NCBI GenBank assembly: GCA_035517495.1
Contig: DATIYT010000120.1
Location: 9,046 to 73,045, forward strand
Length of the DNA stretch: 64,000 nt
DNA from: Stellaceae bacterium
GTDB taxonomy: Bacteria > Pseudomonadota > Alphaproteobacteria > ATCC43930 > CGMCC-115725
Direction: 5' to 3'
Shown here: in pieces, positions 39,302 through 48,596 of the stretch
Layout: the number at the start of each line of letters is the position of its first letter
How positions within the stretch are numbered: position 1 is the first letter of the stretch
Program-made: the position numbers and the translations under genes
The notes under the pieces: model-generated
The model's database searches: none
Seen by the model: the letters and a program-made list of their open reading frames with translations, nothing else
Told to the model about the DNA's origin: nothing

Positions 39302-41830
39302 CTACAGCAGTTTCGGCTGCTTGGCGTGCACTCTGCGCCGATCGCTGGAACCCGCCGGCATCGGTGCCGCCGCCAATCGCGCATCGGTCGCCTCGGCAAT
39401 CATGGCTTGCGCGGCATCGTCGAGCAGCGTGTCGAGCGCGGTCCCGTACACTTCCTCGCGGCCGATCTCCAGGAGCACCGGCACCGCGAGCGGCGAAACC
39501 CGCTCGAGTCGGCGATGCGTGATGCGGCCTCGTACACGGCGCAGCATCTCGCCGAGCCTTCGGATGTCGGTGAGGCCGGTCGCGGCGTCGGCTCTCGTCG
39601 CCCGCAAAAGAATGTGATTTGGTTCATGCTTGCGCAGCACGTCGTAGATCAAATCTGAGCTTACCGTCACTTGGCGTCGCGTTCGTTCCGCGCCTGGCAT
39701 CGAGCGCTCGATCAACCCACCGATCACCGCGACGTTGCGGAATGAGCGACGCAGCATCGACGAATCGGACATCCACTCCTCGAGATCGTCGCCGAGCATA
39801 TCCTCGTCGAAGAGGGTGTCGATGGCATCGGCGGCGTCGAGGCTCCAAATCGCCAATACATAATCGGTTGCGACGAAGCCCAGCGGCTTCAACCGCGCGC
39901 GCTCCATGCGCTTGGTGAGCAGCATGCCGAGGGTCTGGTGAGCGTTTCGGCCCTCGAAACAATAGGCGACCAGATATTCGTGCTCACCCCGTGGGAAGGT
40001 CTCCACCAGGAGACCGTCCCGGTCCGGCAGCACCGAGCGCCAGCGCTGCAACCGGAGCCATTCCTGGACCGATTCCGGCATGCCGAGCCAAGCCCTGGGA
40101 TCCGCGAAAATTTCCCGGACACGGCGGGCCAGATGGGTGCTGAGCGGGAGCCGGCCGCCGGCATAGGCCGGAATCTTGGGCGGAAGCGCGCTCGGAGCTC
40201 GGCTCGCCTGTACCTGGGTCTCGTGAATGCCATGAAAAATCAGCTTTTCGCCGGCGAACACAAAGCTGTCGCCGGGTCGGAGGCCCTGGGCGAAATACTC
40301 TTCGACTTCACCGAGTACACGGCCACGCCCCAATACCACCTTGAGCATAGGCGATTCGACGATCGTCCCGATGTTCATGCGATAGCGCTGCGCCACGCGC
40401 GGCGAAAGCACGTGATAGCGACCAAGGCTATCGCGGAAGAGCCGACGCCATCGGTCATAGGCTTGCAGCGCATAGCCGCCGCATTCGACGAAGCGGAGTA
40501 CATCCTCGAAATCGCCCCGAGCCAAGTCCGCATAAGGGGCGGCGCTCCGCACCTCGTCGTAAAGATCATCGGGCCCGAAGCGGCCGGCGCAGGCCATGCC
40601 CAATACGTGCTGGGCGAGCACGTCGAGGCCGCCCGGGCGCGGGGGGGCGCCGTCCAGCTCGTGCGCGCGAAGCGCCGTGAGCGCCGCTCGGCATTCAAGC
40701 TCTTCGAAGCGATTGGCGGGCACCAGCAAGGCGCGGCTCGGCACGTCGAGCCGATGGTTGGCTCGGCCGATGCGCTGAATCAGGCGAGAGACGCCTTTGG
40801 GCGCGCCGAGTTGCACCACCAGATCGACGTCGCCCCAATCGACCCCGAGATCGAGCGAGGAGGTTGCGACCACCGCGCGCAGCTTGCCCGCGGCCATCGC
40901 CGCCTCAACCTTGCGGCGCTGCTCGACTGCAAGGCTGCCGTGGTGCAGCGAGATCGGCAGGTTCTCATCGTTGAGGCGCCACAGCTCCTGGAAGGCGAAC
41001 TCGGCCTGGGCACGCGTGTTGACGAAGACCAGTGTGGTTCGATGACGACGGATTGCGTCGAAAATGGCGGGCATGGCGTAGAGCGCCATGTGCCCGCTCC
41101 AGGGTAGGGGAAGTCCGGAGTCGAGAATCGCGACCTCCGCTTCGGCTCCCGCGCCGGCGCGGATCAGCGCGACCGCGGCGCCATAGGCAAGATAGCGGCG
41201 GAGCGCGTCGGGCCAGGCGACTGTGGCCGAAAGGCCGACGCGGCGATGCGTTGGGGCAAGGCGTGCGAGGCGCGCGAGACCAAGCGCCAGCAAATCGCCG
41301 CGTTTGGTTCCCGCGAGCGCATGCAACTCGTCCACGATCACCGCGCGGAGCCGAGCGAACACCCGTCCCGCATCCTCGTAGGAGAGCAGCAGCGCCAGGG
41401 ATTCGGGCGTTGTCATCAGCATGTGCGGAGGATCGCTGCGCTGCCGTTCGCGTTTCTTGTGCGGCGTGTCACCCGTGCGCGTCTCGATCCGGACTGGAAG
41501 ATTCATCTCCGCAATTGGGGTCGCAAGATTGCGGTGGATGTCGACCGCGAGCGCCTTGAGGGGCGAGACGTAGAGGGTGTGGAGTCCCTCGAAGGGGCCT
41601 GACGCCAGCTCGACCAGGCTGGGCAAAAACCCCGCGAGCGTCTTGCCGCCGCCGGTCGGCGCGATCAGCAGCGCCGATTGGCCCTGCGTGGCGACGTCGA
41701 GCAGATCGAGCTGATGTCGGTGCGGCGCCCATCCGCGCCGCCGAAACCATTCGACGAATATGCCGGGTAATCCACGCTGCATGTATCGGCCGAGCGATGC
41801 TGTTTGCGATCGCTCAATCATAGCCTCCAC
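39302..41830 (-). CDS. lhr: ligase-associated DNA damage response DEXH-box helicase (Lhr-like)
   Basis: Walker A APTGGGKT, DEXH motif VIVDELHAL, and a C-terminal DEAD-associated domain. 842 aa. Confidence 0.85.
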   Translation of the reverse strand: MEAMIERSQTASLGRYMQRGLPGIFVEWFRRRGWAPHRHQLDLLDVATQGQSALLIAPTGGGKTLAGFLPSLVELASGPFEGLHTLYVSPLKALAVDIHRNLATPIAEMNLPVRIETRTGDTPHKKRERQRSDPPHMLMTTPESLALLLSYEDAGRVFARLRAVIVDELHALAGTKRGDLLALGLARLARLAPTHRRVGLSATVAWPDALRRYLAYGAAVALIRAGAGAEAEVAILDSGLPLPWSGHMALYAMPAIFDAIRRHRTTLVFVNTRAQAEFAFQELWRLNDENLPISLHHGSLAVEQRRKVEAAMAAGKLRAVVATSSLDLGVDWGDVDLVVQLGAPKGVSRLIQRIGRANHRLDVPSRALLVPANRFEELECRAALTALRAHELDGAPPRPGGLDVLAQHVLGMACAGRFGPDDLYDEVRSAAPYADLARGDFEDVLRFVECGGYALQAYDRWRRLFRDSLGRYHVLSPRVAQRYRMNIGTIVESPMLKVVLGRGRVLGEVEEYFAQGLRPGDSFVFAGEKLIFHGIHETQVQASRAPSALPPKIPAYAGGRLPLSTHLARRVREIFADPRAWLGMPESVQEWLRLQRWRSVLPDRDGLLVETFPRGEHEYLVAYCFEGRNAHQTLGMLLTKRMERARLKPLGFVATDYVLAIWSLDAADAIDTLFDEDMLGDDLEEWMSDSSMLRRSFRNVAVIGGLIERSMPGAERTRRQVTVSSDLIYDVLRKHEPNHILLRATRADAATGLTDIRRLGEMLRRVRGRITHRRLERVSPLAVPVLLEIGREEVYGTALDTLLDDAAQAMIAEATDARLAAAPMPAGSSDRRRVHAKQPKLL

Positions 41831-41920
41831 AGCGAAGGTGCAGGAATCACCCGGCTTATCCCGCTCTCATGGTGGGATTGTCGCTCGCTCTGCACGAGCC
41901 AAGCGGCGGCGGGGATGGCC

Positions 41921-42811
41921 TTACGCCGCGTCCTGTCGGATTTGCTCGACCACAGACATGACCCGGAGCGCTTCCTCCGCGCGCGCAATGCGCGTGGGCT
42001 CGCCTCTTATCGCGGCGACGAACGCGCGCGCCTGGCTGGTGAGCGGATCGGGATCGACGCGCCGCGTTACATCGAGATCGAAGCGCTGCCGCTGTGCCCC
42101 GCTGTCGAGGATCACCAGGCGTTGGCGGGTTTGCGCCACGCGGCTCGCTTGCAACAGGACGGTCAAGCCATCCGAAAACGCTAATTCGCAGGTAATCGCC
42201 TCAAGCCGCCCATCGATCCGTGAGGCGTCCAGAGCGCGGATTTGCTCCGGCATCTTGCCGAGGGTGCAAATGATCCAGTCGAGATCGTGCACCATCAAAT
42301 CCTGCACCACGTCGATGTTCATCTCGACGCCGCCGCGCGCCGGCAACATGCGCAGCACGTGGATGCGGGTCGCATCCTTGCCAAGTGCGGCCTGCGCGCC
42401 CTGAATTCCCTCGTTGAAGCGCTCGCTGTGGCCGATCGCCAGCGTCGCGCGGCTGCCCGCGGCGGTGGTCGTTAATTCGCGTACCTGGCGTAAATCGGTC
42501 GCGACAGGCTTCTCGACGAGACAATGAATGCCGGCTTCCAGCAGGGGCAGGGCGCAGTCGTAGTGCCACGCTGTCGGCGTCGCGATGATGGCCGCGTCGA
42601 TCTCGCCGATCAGAGGGCCGCAGGTGGTGTGAAACGGCATTTCGCCGCCCATGCTATCGACCTTGGCGGGATCGATGTCCACGAGTGCCGCGATCGACAC
42701 CTCCTGAAGCCGCCGCCACGCATTGAGGTGCAAGCGCCCCATCTTGCCGAAGCCTACGATTGCCAGACGCAGCGCCTTGCTGGCGGTGCGCTCTATGTCC
42801 CAAGGAGCCAT
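41921..42811 (-). CDS. Gfo/Idh/MocA-family NAD(P)-dependent oxidoreductase
   Basis: LRLAIVGFGKMGRLH Rossmann start and the EKP motif (CLVEKPVA). Confidence 0.75.
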   Translation of the reverse strand: MAPWDIERTASKALRLAIVGFGKMGRLHLNAWRRLQEVSIAALVDIDPAKVDSMGGEMPFHTTCGPLIGEIDAAIIATPTAWHYDCALPLLEAGIHCLVEKPVATDLRQVRELTTTAAGSRATLAIGHSERFNEGIQGAQAALGKDATRIHVLRMLPARGGVEMNIDVVQDLMVHDLDWIICTLGKMPEQIRALDASRIDGRLEAITCELAFSDGLTVLLQASRVAQTRQRLVILDSGAQRQRFDLDVTRRVDPDPLTSQARAFVAAIRGEPTRIARAEEALRVMSVVEQIRQDAA

Positions 42812-43372
42812 GTTCTGCTTTTGCTATGGTGGCGAGTTGCGAAGGTAGGTGATGCGCTCACGTTGCCTGGGCGCGCTCGGCGCCCCCGTGGACGCACCGA
42901 TGCGAAGCGAAGTCTCTGCGCGAATGACCGCATTTAATCGCTCTTTGCCGGGCGACAATGCGTACCCTGGCCCGGTCCGGTCGGATCGGGTGGGCTGGCG
43001 CCGTCAATCATCGAAGGAACACACCAGATTATAACTCCCCCTGTACCCTCTCCCCGGCAGAAACCCTGGGGTTCGAGTCGACATATTGTAGTCCCCCCTG
43101 TTTATTGCGATATCAGGTGCTCATAAGTCAAGAGAAGGCTCGCCGCGCCACATTGTCGCCGAGCATCCATGGGGCGCTACCTCCAGATTCCGAGCACGTC
43201 CCAAGGCGGCCACCGGGCCCTCCCCCTTCCGATCCGATCCCGTGTATTTTCTCCCGTCCGTTCCCGATTTGGACGGCAATTCGAGGGGCGCGGTGGCGCC
43301 CTTCCTCCCCGGTATTCCCAGGAGAACAATACCCTGGTACTTGGGCATTAGGAACTGTCTTGAGGCCCCATC

Positions 43373-44386
43373 ATGCACCCCACGGTGCCGGCACCCGAGA
43401 CCTGGCTTAAGCCCACCCCGGCCGGACTCTATTGCGAGCCGGCGGATTTCTTCATCGATCCAAGCCGCAAGTCGGACCGCGCCGTCATAACCCATGGACA
43501 TGCCGATCACGCCCGTCCGGGTCATCGCTCCGTGCTGGCGACGACCGAGACGCTGGCCTTCATGGCGCATCGCTACGGTGACGCGGCCGGCGCGGAACGG
43601 CAGGCGTTGCGGTACGGCGAGACGCTCTCGATCAATGGGGTCTCGCTGCGCCTGCTGCCGGCCGGCCATATCCTCGGGAGTGCTCAGGTTGCGCTCGAAT
43701 ATCGTGGCAGCCGCGCGATCGTGTCCGGCGACTACAAGCGCCGCCGCGATCCCACATGCGCCCCGTTCGCACCCGAGTCGTGCGATGTATTCGTGACCGA
43801 GGCGACGTTCGCGCTCCCGGTCTTTCGCCACCCGCCCGACCGCGAGGAGATCGCGCGGCTGCTGCATTCGCTGAGCCTTTTTTCCGAGCGGTGCCATCTG
43901 GTCGGGGTCTATTCCCTCGGCAAGTGCCAGCGTGTGATCGCGCTGCTGCGAGAGGCCGGATTCGACGAGATGATCTACCTCCATGGCGCGCTTGAACCCT
44001 GTTGCGCGATCTACCAAGAGCACGGCGTGGCGCTGGGTCCGCTGGCGCCGGTCGCCGGCGCGCACCGCGACGCGCTCAAGGGCAAGCTGGTGCTGGCACC
44101 TCCCGGTTTCGAGGACCGGTGGCTCCGCCGCTTCCCCGAGCCGCTGACGGCCATGGCGTCGGGTTGGATGCGAGTGCGGCAGCGCGCCAAGCAATGGGGC
44201 GTCGAGCTGCCGCTTGTCATCTCCGACCACGCGGATTGGGATGAACTGAACGTGACCATTGCCGAGGTCGGGGCACCTGAAGTCTGGGTGACCCACGGCC
44301 GCGAAGAAGCACTGATCCGACAGGCGACCCTCGACGGATTCCGCGCACGGGCGTTGTCGCTTACGGGGTTCGAGGAGGAGTGCTGA
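43373..44386 (+). CDS. ligase-associated DNA damage response exonuclease (metallo-beta-lactamase fold)
   Basis: GLYCEPADFFIDPSRKSDRAVITHGHADHARPG...PAGHILGSAQ...VSGDYK motifs. Confidence 0.8.
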   Translation: MHPTVPAPETWLKPTPAGLYCEPADFFIDPSRKSDRAVITHGHADHARPGHRSVLATTETLAFMAHRYGDAAGAERQALRYGETLSINGVSLRLLPAGHILGSAQVALEYRGSRAIVSGDYKRRRDPTCAPFAPESCDVFVTEATFALPVFRHPPDREEIARLLHSLSLFSERCHLVGVYSLGKCQRVIALLREAGFDEMIYLHGALEPCCAIYQEHGVALGPLAPVAGAHRDALKGKLVLAPPGFEDRWLRRFPEPLTAMASGWMRVRQRAKQWGVELPLVISDHADWDELNVTIAEVGAPEVWVTHGREEALIRQATLDGFRARALSLTGFEEEC

Positions 44387-44398
44387 AGCAGTGATGCC

Positions 44399-45967
44399 AT
44401 GAAGCGCTTCGCCGAGCTGCTCGATGCGCTGCTCTTTACCCCCGCCCGCGGCGGCAAGATTCGGCTGCTCACGGACTATTTCGCGACGGTGCCGGACCCC
44501 GATCGCGGCTGGGCGTTGGCGGCGCTCACGGAAAGTCTGGATTTGGCTGCGGTGAAACCGGCGCAGATCCGCGCGCTCGCGGCGGCGCGGGTCGATGCCG
44601 AGCTTTTCGAGTGGTCCTATGATTTCGTCGGCGATCTCGCTGAGACCGTGTCGTTGATCTGGCCGGTGGAGCGACCCTCGACCAACGCGATGCCGCGGCT
44701 CTCCGAGGTGGTGGAGCGCCTGCAAAAGAGTGATCGCCGCGCCGCCCCCGAGCTCATCGCGCGCTGGCTCGACGAACTCGACAGCGAGGGTCGCTGGGCG
44801 CTGCTGAAGCTGGTGACGGGCGGCCTTAGGGTCGGCGTCTCGGCGCGGCTCGCGAAGACGGCGCTCGCGGAGTGGAGCGGCAAGCCGCTGGAACGGATCG
44901 AGGAGCTTTGGCACGGAATCGAGCCGCCCTACCGCTCGCTCTTCGCCTGGCTCGAGGACAAGGGGCGCGAACCAAGCGCCGCGGAACGGCCGATTTTCTC
45001 GCCACTGATGCTGGCCATCGCGCTTGAAGAGGCAGAGCTCGCGGAGATGGACCCCGGCGCTTTCGTCGCGGAGTGGAAATGGGACGGCATTCGCGTGCAG
45101 CTCGTCGCCCGCGGCGGCGAGCGCCGCCTCTATTCGCGCGCCGGCGACGAAATTGGCTCGGCTTTTCCGGAGATCGTCGGCGCGATCGAGGATGAAGTCA
45201 CGCTCGACGGTGAGCTGCTTATCCTGCGCGACGGCGCGGTCGCTCCCTTCAACGACCTGCAGCAGCGGCTCAATCGCAAACAGGCGACGCCCAAGCTGAT
45301 CGAGCAATATCCGGCGGCGGTGCGTCTTTACGACTTGCTGCACTTGGGCGAGCGCGATCTCCGCCCGCTGCCGCTCCGCGAGCGGCGAGCATCGCTCGAG
45401 ACGTGGTATCGCTTGGCGCCCCGCCCGCGCCTCGATCTTTCGCCGCTCATCCCGTTCGCGGGCTGGGAGGAGCTTCGCGTGTTGCGTGCCGGTGCACGCG
45501 AGCGCGGCATCGAAGGCTTGATGTTGAAGCGCGCGGACTCGCCGTATTTGGCCGGCCGGCCCAAGGGCCCCTGGTTCAAGTGGAAGCGCGACGCGCTCAC
45601 CGCCGATTGCGTCCTAATGTATGCGCAGCGCGGGCACGGCAAGCGCTCGTCCTTCTATTCCGACTTCACCTTCGGCGCCTGGCGCGAGGGGGCGCTTGTG
45701 CCGGTCGGCAAGGCCTATTTCGGCTTCACCGACGAGGAGCTGGTGCAGCTTGATCGCTGGGTGCGCGCTCACACGCGCGAGCGCTATGGCCCGGTACGCG
45801 AGGTCGAGCCGGCGCTGGTATTGGAGGTGGCATTCGACAGCGTGCATCGCTCGAGCCGTCACAAGTCGGGATTGGCGCTGCGCTTCCCGCGCATCGCTCG
45901 TATCCGCTGGGACAAGCCGGCGGGCGAGGCGGACGAGGTGGAGAACCTCGCCAAGCTCGCGATATGA
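44399..45967 (+). CDS. ATP-dependent DNA ligase (ligase-associated damage response type)
   Basis: Adenylation motif I in EWKWDGIRVQ (KxDG) plus an OB-fold C-terminus. 12 nt downstream of the exonuclease gene. Confidence 0.85.
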   Translation: MKRFAELLDALLFTPARGGKIRLLTDYFATVPDPDRGWALAALTESLDLAAVKPAQIRALAAARVDAELFEWSYDFVGDLAETVSLIWPVERPSTNAMPRLSEVVERLQKSDRRAAPELIARWLDELDSEGRWALLKLVTGGLRVGVSARLAKTALAEWSGKPLERIEELWHGIEPPYRSLFAWLEDKGREPSAAERPIFSPLMLAIALEEAELAEMDPGAFVAEWKWDGIRVQLVARGGERRLYSRAGDEIGSAFPEIVGAIEDEVTLDGELLILRDGAVAPFNDLQQRLNRKQATPKLIEQYPAAVRLYDLLHLGERDLRPLPLRERRASLETWYRLAPRPRLDLSPLIPFAGWEELRVLRAGARERGIEGLMLKRADSPYLAGRPKGPWFKWKRDALTADCVLMYAQRGHGKRSSFYSDFTFGAWREGALVPVGKAYFGFTDEELVQLDRWVRAHTRERYGPVREVEPALVLEVAFDSVHRSSRHKSGLALRFPRIARIRWDKPAGEADEVENLAKLAI

Positions 45968-46027
45968 GCACCGCTTGCGTTGCGATATCGGCTGGGGTAG
46001 GGAGCCTGATCTCTGGGAGCGACGGGC

Positions 46028-46591
46028 ATGATCTCGACTGGGCGCCGCGGGCTGTTCCTCGATCGCGACGGCGTCGTCAACGAGGATGTTGGCTATCTGC
46101 ATAAGATCGAGAAATGCCGCTTCATCGAGGGCATCTTCGATCTCACGCGTTGCTTTATCGCTAGCGACTTCGTTCCGGTCATCGTCACGAACCAAGCGGG
46201 AATCGGCCGCGGCTACTACACGGAGGCGGATTTCGAGGCTCTGATGCGTTGGATGACCTGTGAATTCGTGCGGCACGGCGCAGCGATTGCCGCCGTTTAC
46301 CACTGTCCCGATCATCCGACAGAGGGTCTCGGCGCCTACCGACGCGACACGCCCCGCCGCAAGCCTGGACCCGGCATGTTCCTTGAGGCCGCCCATGATC
46401 TCGGCCTCGATCTCCAACGGTCCTGGAGCGTTGGCGACAAGATAACCGATATTGAGGCGGGTCGCGCCGCGGGAATCGGAAACCTCGTGCAATTCGACCC
46501 CCTTGCCGCGGAGATCGCGAAATGCCAGGACTTCTGGATCGTCCCCCGGCTTTCCGGGGTCGCGGAGTTGCTGTCTCGGGAACAAGGATGA
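46028..46591 (+). CDS. gmhB: D-glycero-D-manno-heptose 1,7-bisphosphate phosphatase-like HAD-IIIA hydrolase
   Basis: [29 protein letters not shown] and [11 protein letters not shown] motifs. Confidence 0.7.
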   Translation: MISTGRRGLFLDRDGVVNEDVGYLHKIEKCRFIEGIFDLTRCFIASDFVPVIVTNQAGIGRGYYTEADFEALMRWMTCEFVRHGAAIAAVYHCPDHPTEGLGAYRRDTPRRKPGPGMFLEAAHDLGLDLQRSWSVGDKITDIEAGRAAGIGNLVQFDPLAAEIAKCQDFWIVPRLSGVAELLSREQG

Positions 46592-46640
46592 CAGTGTCGG
46601 GTTCGCGCGTTATCGGGGTGCACAGCAGGAGTACCGGCGC

Positions 46641-47711
46641 TTGAAAATTTTGGTGACGGGCGGGGCCGGGTTCATCGGCAGCGCGGTGGTGCGGCACCTC
46701 CTTCGCAGCGGCAATTCGGTCGTTAATCTGGACAAGCTGACCTATGCCGGCTCGAATCCGCCGCTGGGCGATCTCGGCAAGGACGGACGCTACGCTCTTG
46801 AAGTGGCCGACGTCGCGGACCGCGCGGCGGTCGAGCGCATATTTACCCAGCTCCGTCCCGATGCGGTGATGCACCTCGCTGCCGAGACCCATGTGGATCG
46901 TTCGATCTCCGGTCCCGACACCTTCGTGCATACGAACCTCGTGGGCACGTTCACTTTGCTGGAGGTGGCACGCGCCTACTGGGAGTCGCTATCCGGTGAA
47001 GCCAAGTCGCGCTTTCGCCTCCACCACATCTCGACCGACGAGGTCTTCGGCTCGCTTGGTTCCGAAGGCAGCTTCACCGAGGAGACCCCGTATCGCCCGA
47101 ACAGCCCCTATTCCGCGACCAAGGCCGGCGCCGACCATCTCGTCCGCGCTTGGCACAAGACTTACGGCTTTCCGGCGGTCACCACAAATTGCTCCAACAA
47201 CTATGGACCGTACCAATTTCCCGAAAAGCTTATCCCGCTGATGATTCTCAACGCGCTTGCGGGCAAGCCGCTGCCGGTCTATGGCCGCGGCGCCAACGTC
47301 CGCGACTGGCTCTACGTGGAGGACCACGCGGCGGCGTTGGCGCTGGTGCTGCAGCGCGGGCGGATCGGCGAGACCTACAATGTCGGCGGCGGCGAGGAAC
47401 GCACCAATCTCGATCTCGTACAATCCCTCTGCACGCTGCTGGACGACGCGCTGCCGCAATCGCCGCATCGGCCGCACCGTTCGCTCATCACCTTCGTCGA
47501 GGATCGCCCCGGTCACGATCTTCGCTATGCCATCGACGATGCGAAACTCCGCCGTGAATTTGCCTGGCGCCCCCGCGAGAGCCTCGAGACCGGCCTCGCC
47601 AAGACCGTGCGCTGGTATCTGGAGAATCGAGCCTGGTGGGAACCAATCCGCAGCGGCGTCTATCGGGGCGAGCGGCTCGGGCGGCTTGCCGCGGGAGCGA
47701 CACGGCGATGA
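46641..47711 (+). CDS. rfbB: dTDP-glucose 4,6-dehydratase
   Basis: TTG start gives [14 protein letters not shown]. Catalytic YSATK. The listed ORF's N-terminal extension was trimmed. Confidence 0.85.
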   Translation: MKILVTGGAGFIGSAVVRHLLRSGNSVVNLDKLTYAGSNPPLGDLGKDGRYALEVADVADRAAVERIFTQLRPDAVMHLAAETHVDRSISGPDTFVHTNLVGTFTLLEVARAYWESLSGEAKSRFRLHHISTDEVFGSLGSEGSFTEETPYRPNSPYSATKAGADHLVRAWHKTYGFPAVTTNCSNNYGPYQFPEKLIPLMILNALAGKPLPVYGRGANVRDWLYVEDHAAALALVLQRGRIGETYNVGGGEERTNLDLVQSLCTLLDDALPQSPHRPHRSLITFVEDRPGHDLRYAIDDAKLRREFAWRPRESLETGLAKTVRWYLENRAWWEPIRSGVYRGERLGRLAAGATRR

Positions 47712-48583
47712 AGGGTATCATCCTCGCAGGCGGCACCGGCACACGGCTCTATCCGCTGACTCGTGCGGTCTCCAAGCAGCTTTTGCCGGTCTACGACAAG
47801 CCGATGATCTTTCACCCGCTCTCGACGCTGTTGCTCGGTGGCCTGCGTGACATTCTGGTGATCACCACGCCCGCAGATGCGCCGCAGTTCCGCACGTTGT
47901 TGGGTGACGGCTCCCAATGGGGCATCCGCCTCGTCTATGCACAACAACCGAGGCCCGAGGGTCTGGCGCAGGCGTTCTTGATCGGCCGCGAGTTCCTGGC
48001 GGGCGAGGGGGCGGCGCTAATCCTCGGCGACAATCTGTTTTACGGCGACGGAATGACCGAAATGCTGCGTCGCGCGGCCGCAAAACGGACGGGCGCCACC
48101 GTGTTCGCCTATCGGGTCGGCACGCCCGAGCGTTATGGCATCGTCGAATTCGACGAGCAGGCGCGCGCAGTCTCGATCGAGGAGAAACCGAAAGCGCCGC
48201 GCTCCGACTGGGCGGTGACCGGACTTTACTTCTATGACAGCGACATCGTCGAGGTAGCGGCGACGATCCTCCCCTCTGCGCGGGGCGAATTGGAGATCAC
48301 CGACGTCAACAAGGCCTATCTCGAGCGCGGACATTTGACGGTCGAGCGCTTGGGGCGCGGCCATGCCTGGTTCGACACCGGCACGCATGATTCGCTGATC
48401 GAGGCCGGCGAATTCGTGCGCACGCTCGAAAAGCGGACGGGACAGAAGATCGGCTGCATCGAGGAGGTGGCCTTCCGCCAAGGCTTCATCGACGCGGCGC
48501 AGCTCATGGCGCTCGTCGAGGGCTACCGCAATACCGAGTATGGCGCCTATCTGCAACGCCTGGCGCGCGAGGGGCCGGAGTAG
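47708..48583 (+). CDS. rfbA: glucose-1-phosphate thymidylyltransferase
   Basis: [22 protein letters not shown] overlap with rfbB. Confidence 0.9.
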   Translation: MKGIILAGGTGTRLYPLTRAVSKQLLPVYDKPMIFHPLSTLLLGGLRDILVITTPADAPQFRTLLGDGSQWGIRLVYAQQPRPEGLAQAFLIGREFLAGEGAALILGDNLFYGDGMTEMLRRAAAKRTGATVFAYRVGTPERYGIVEFDEQARAVSIEEKPKAPRSDWAVTGLYFYDSDIVEVAATILPSARGELEITDVNKAYLERGHLTVERLGRGHAWFDTGTHDSLIEAGEFVRTLEKRTGQKIGCIEEVAFRQGFIDAAQLMALVEGYRNTEYGAYLQRLAREGPE

Positions 48584-48596
48584 CCCCACTTCCAAG

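Noticed and set aside
43070-43079. GGTTCGAGTC, which resembles a tRNA T-arm. It could have been a tRNA gene or an att-site remnant marking an island boundary.
   Set aside because: The flanking bases cannot form the 5-bp T-stem (CTGGG versus CGACA). No acceptor or anticodon arms could be drawn. A 10-nt match alone is not evidence.
42812-43372. A search for an alphaproteobacterial SOS (LexA) box GTTC-N7-GTTC, or its complement, in the control region of the DNA-damage-response genes.
   Set aside because: Every GTTC/GAAC occurrence was checked by eye, and none has a second half-site at N7 spacing. No LexA control can be claimed from sequence.
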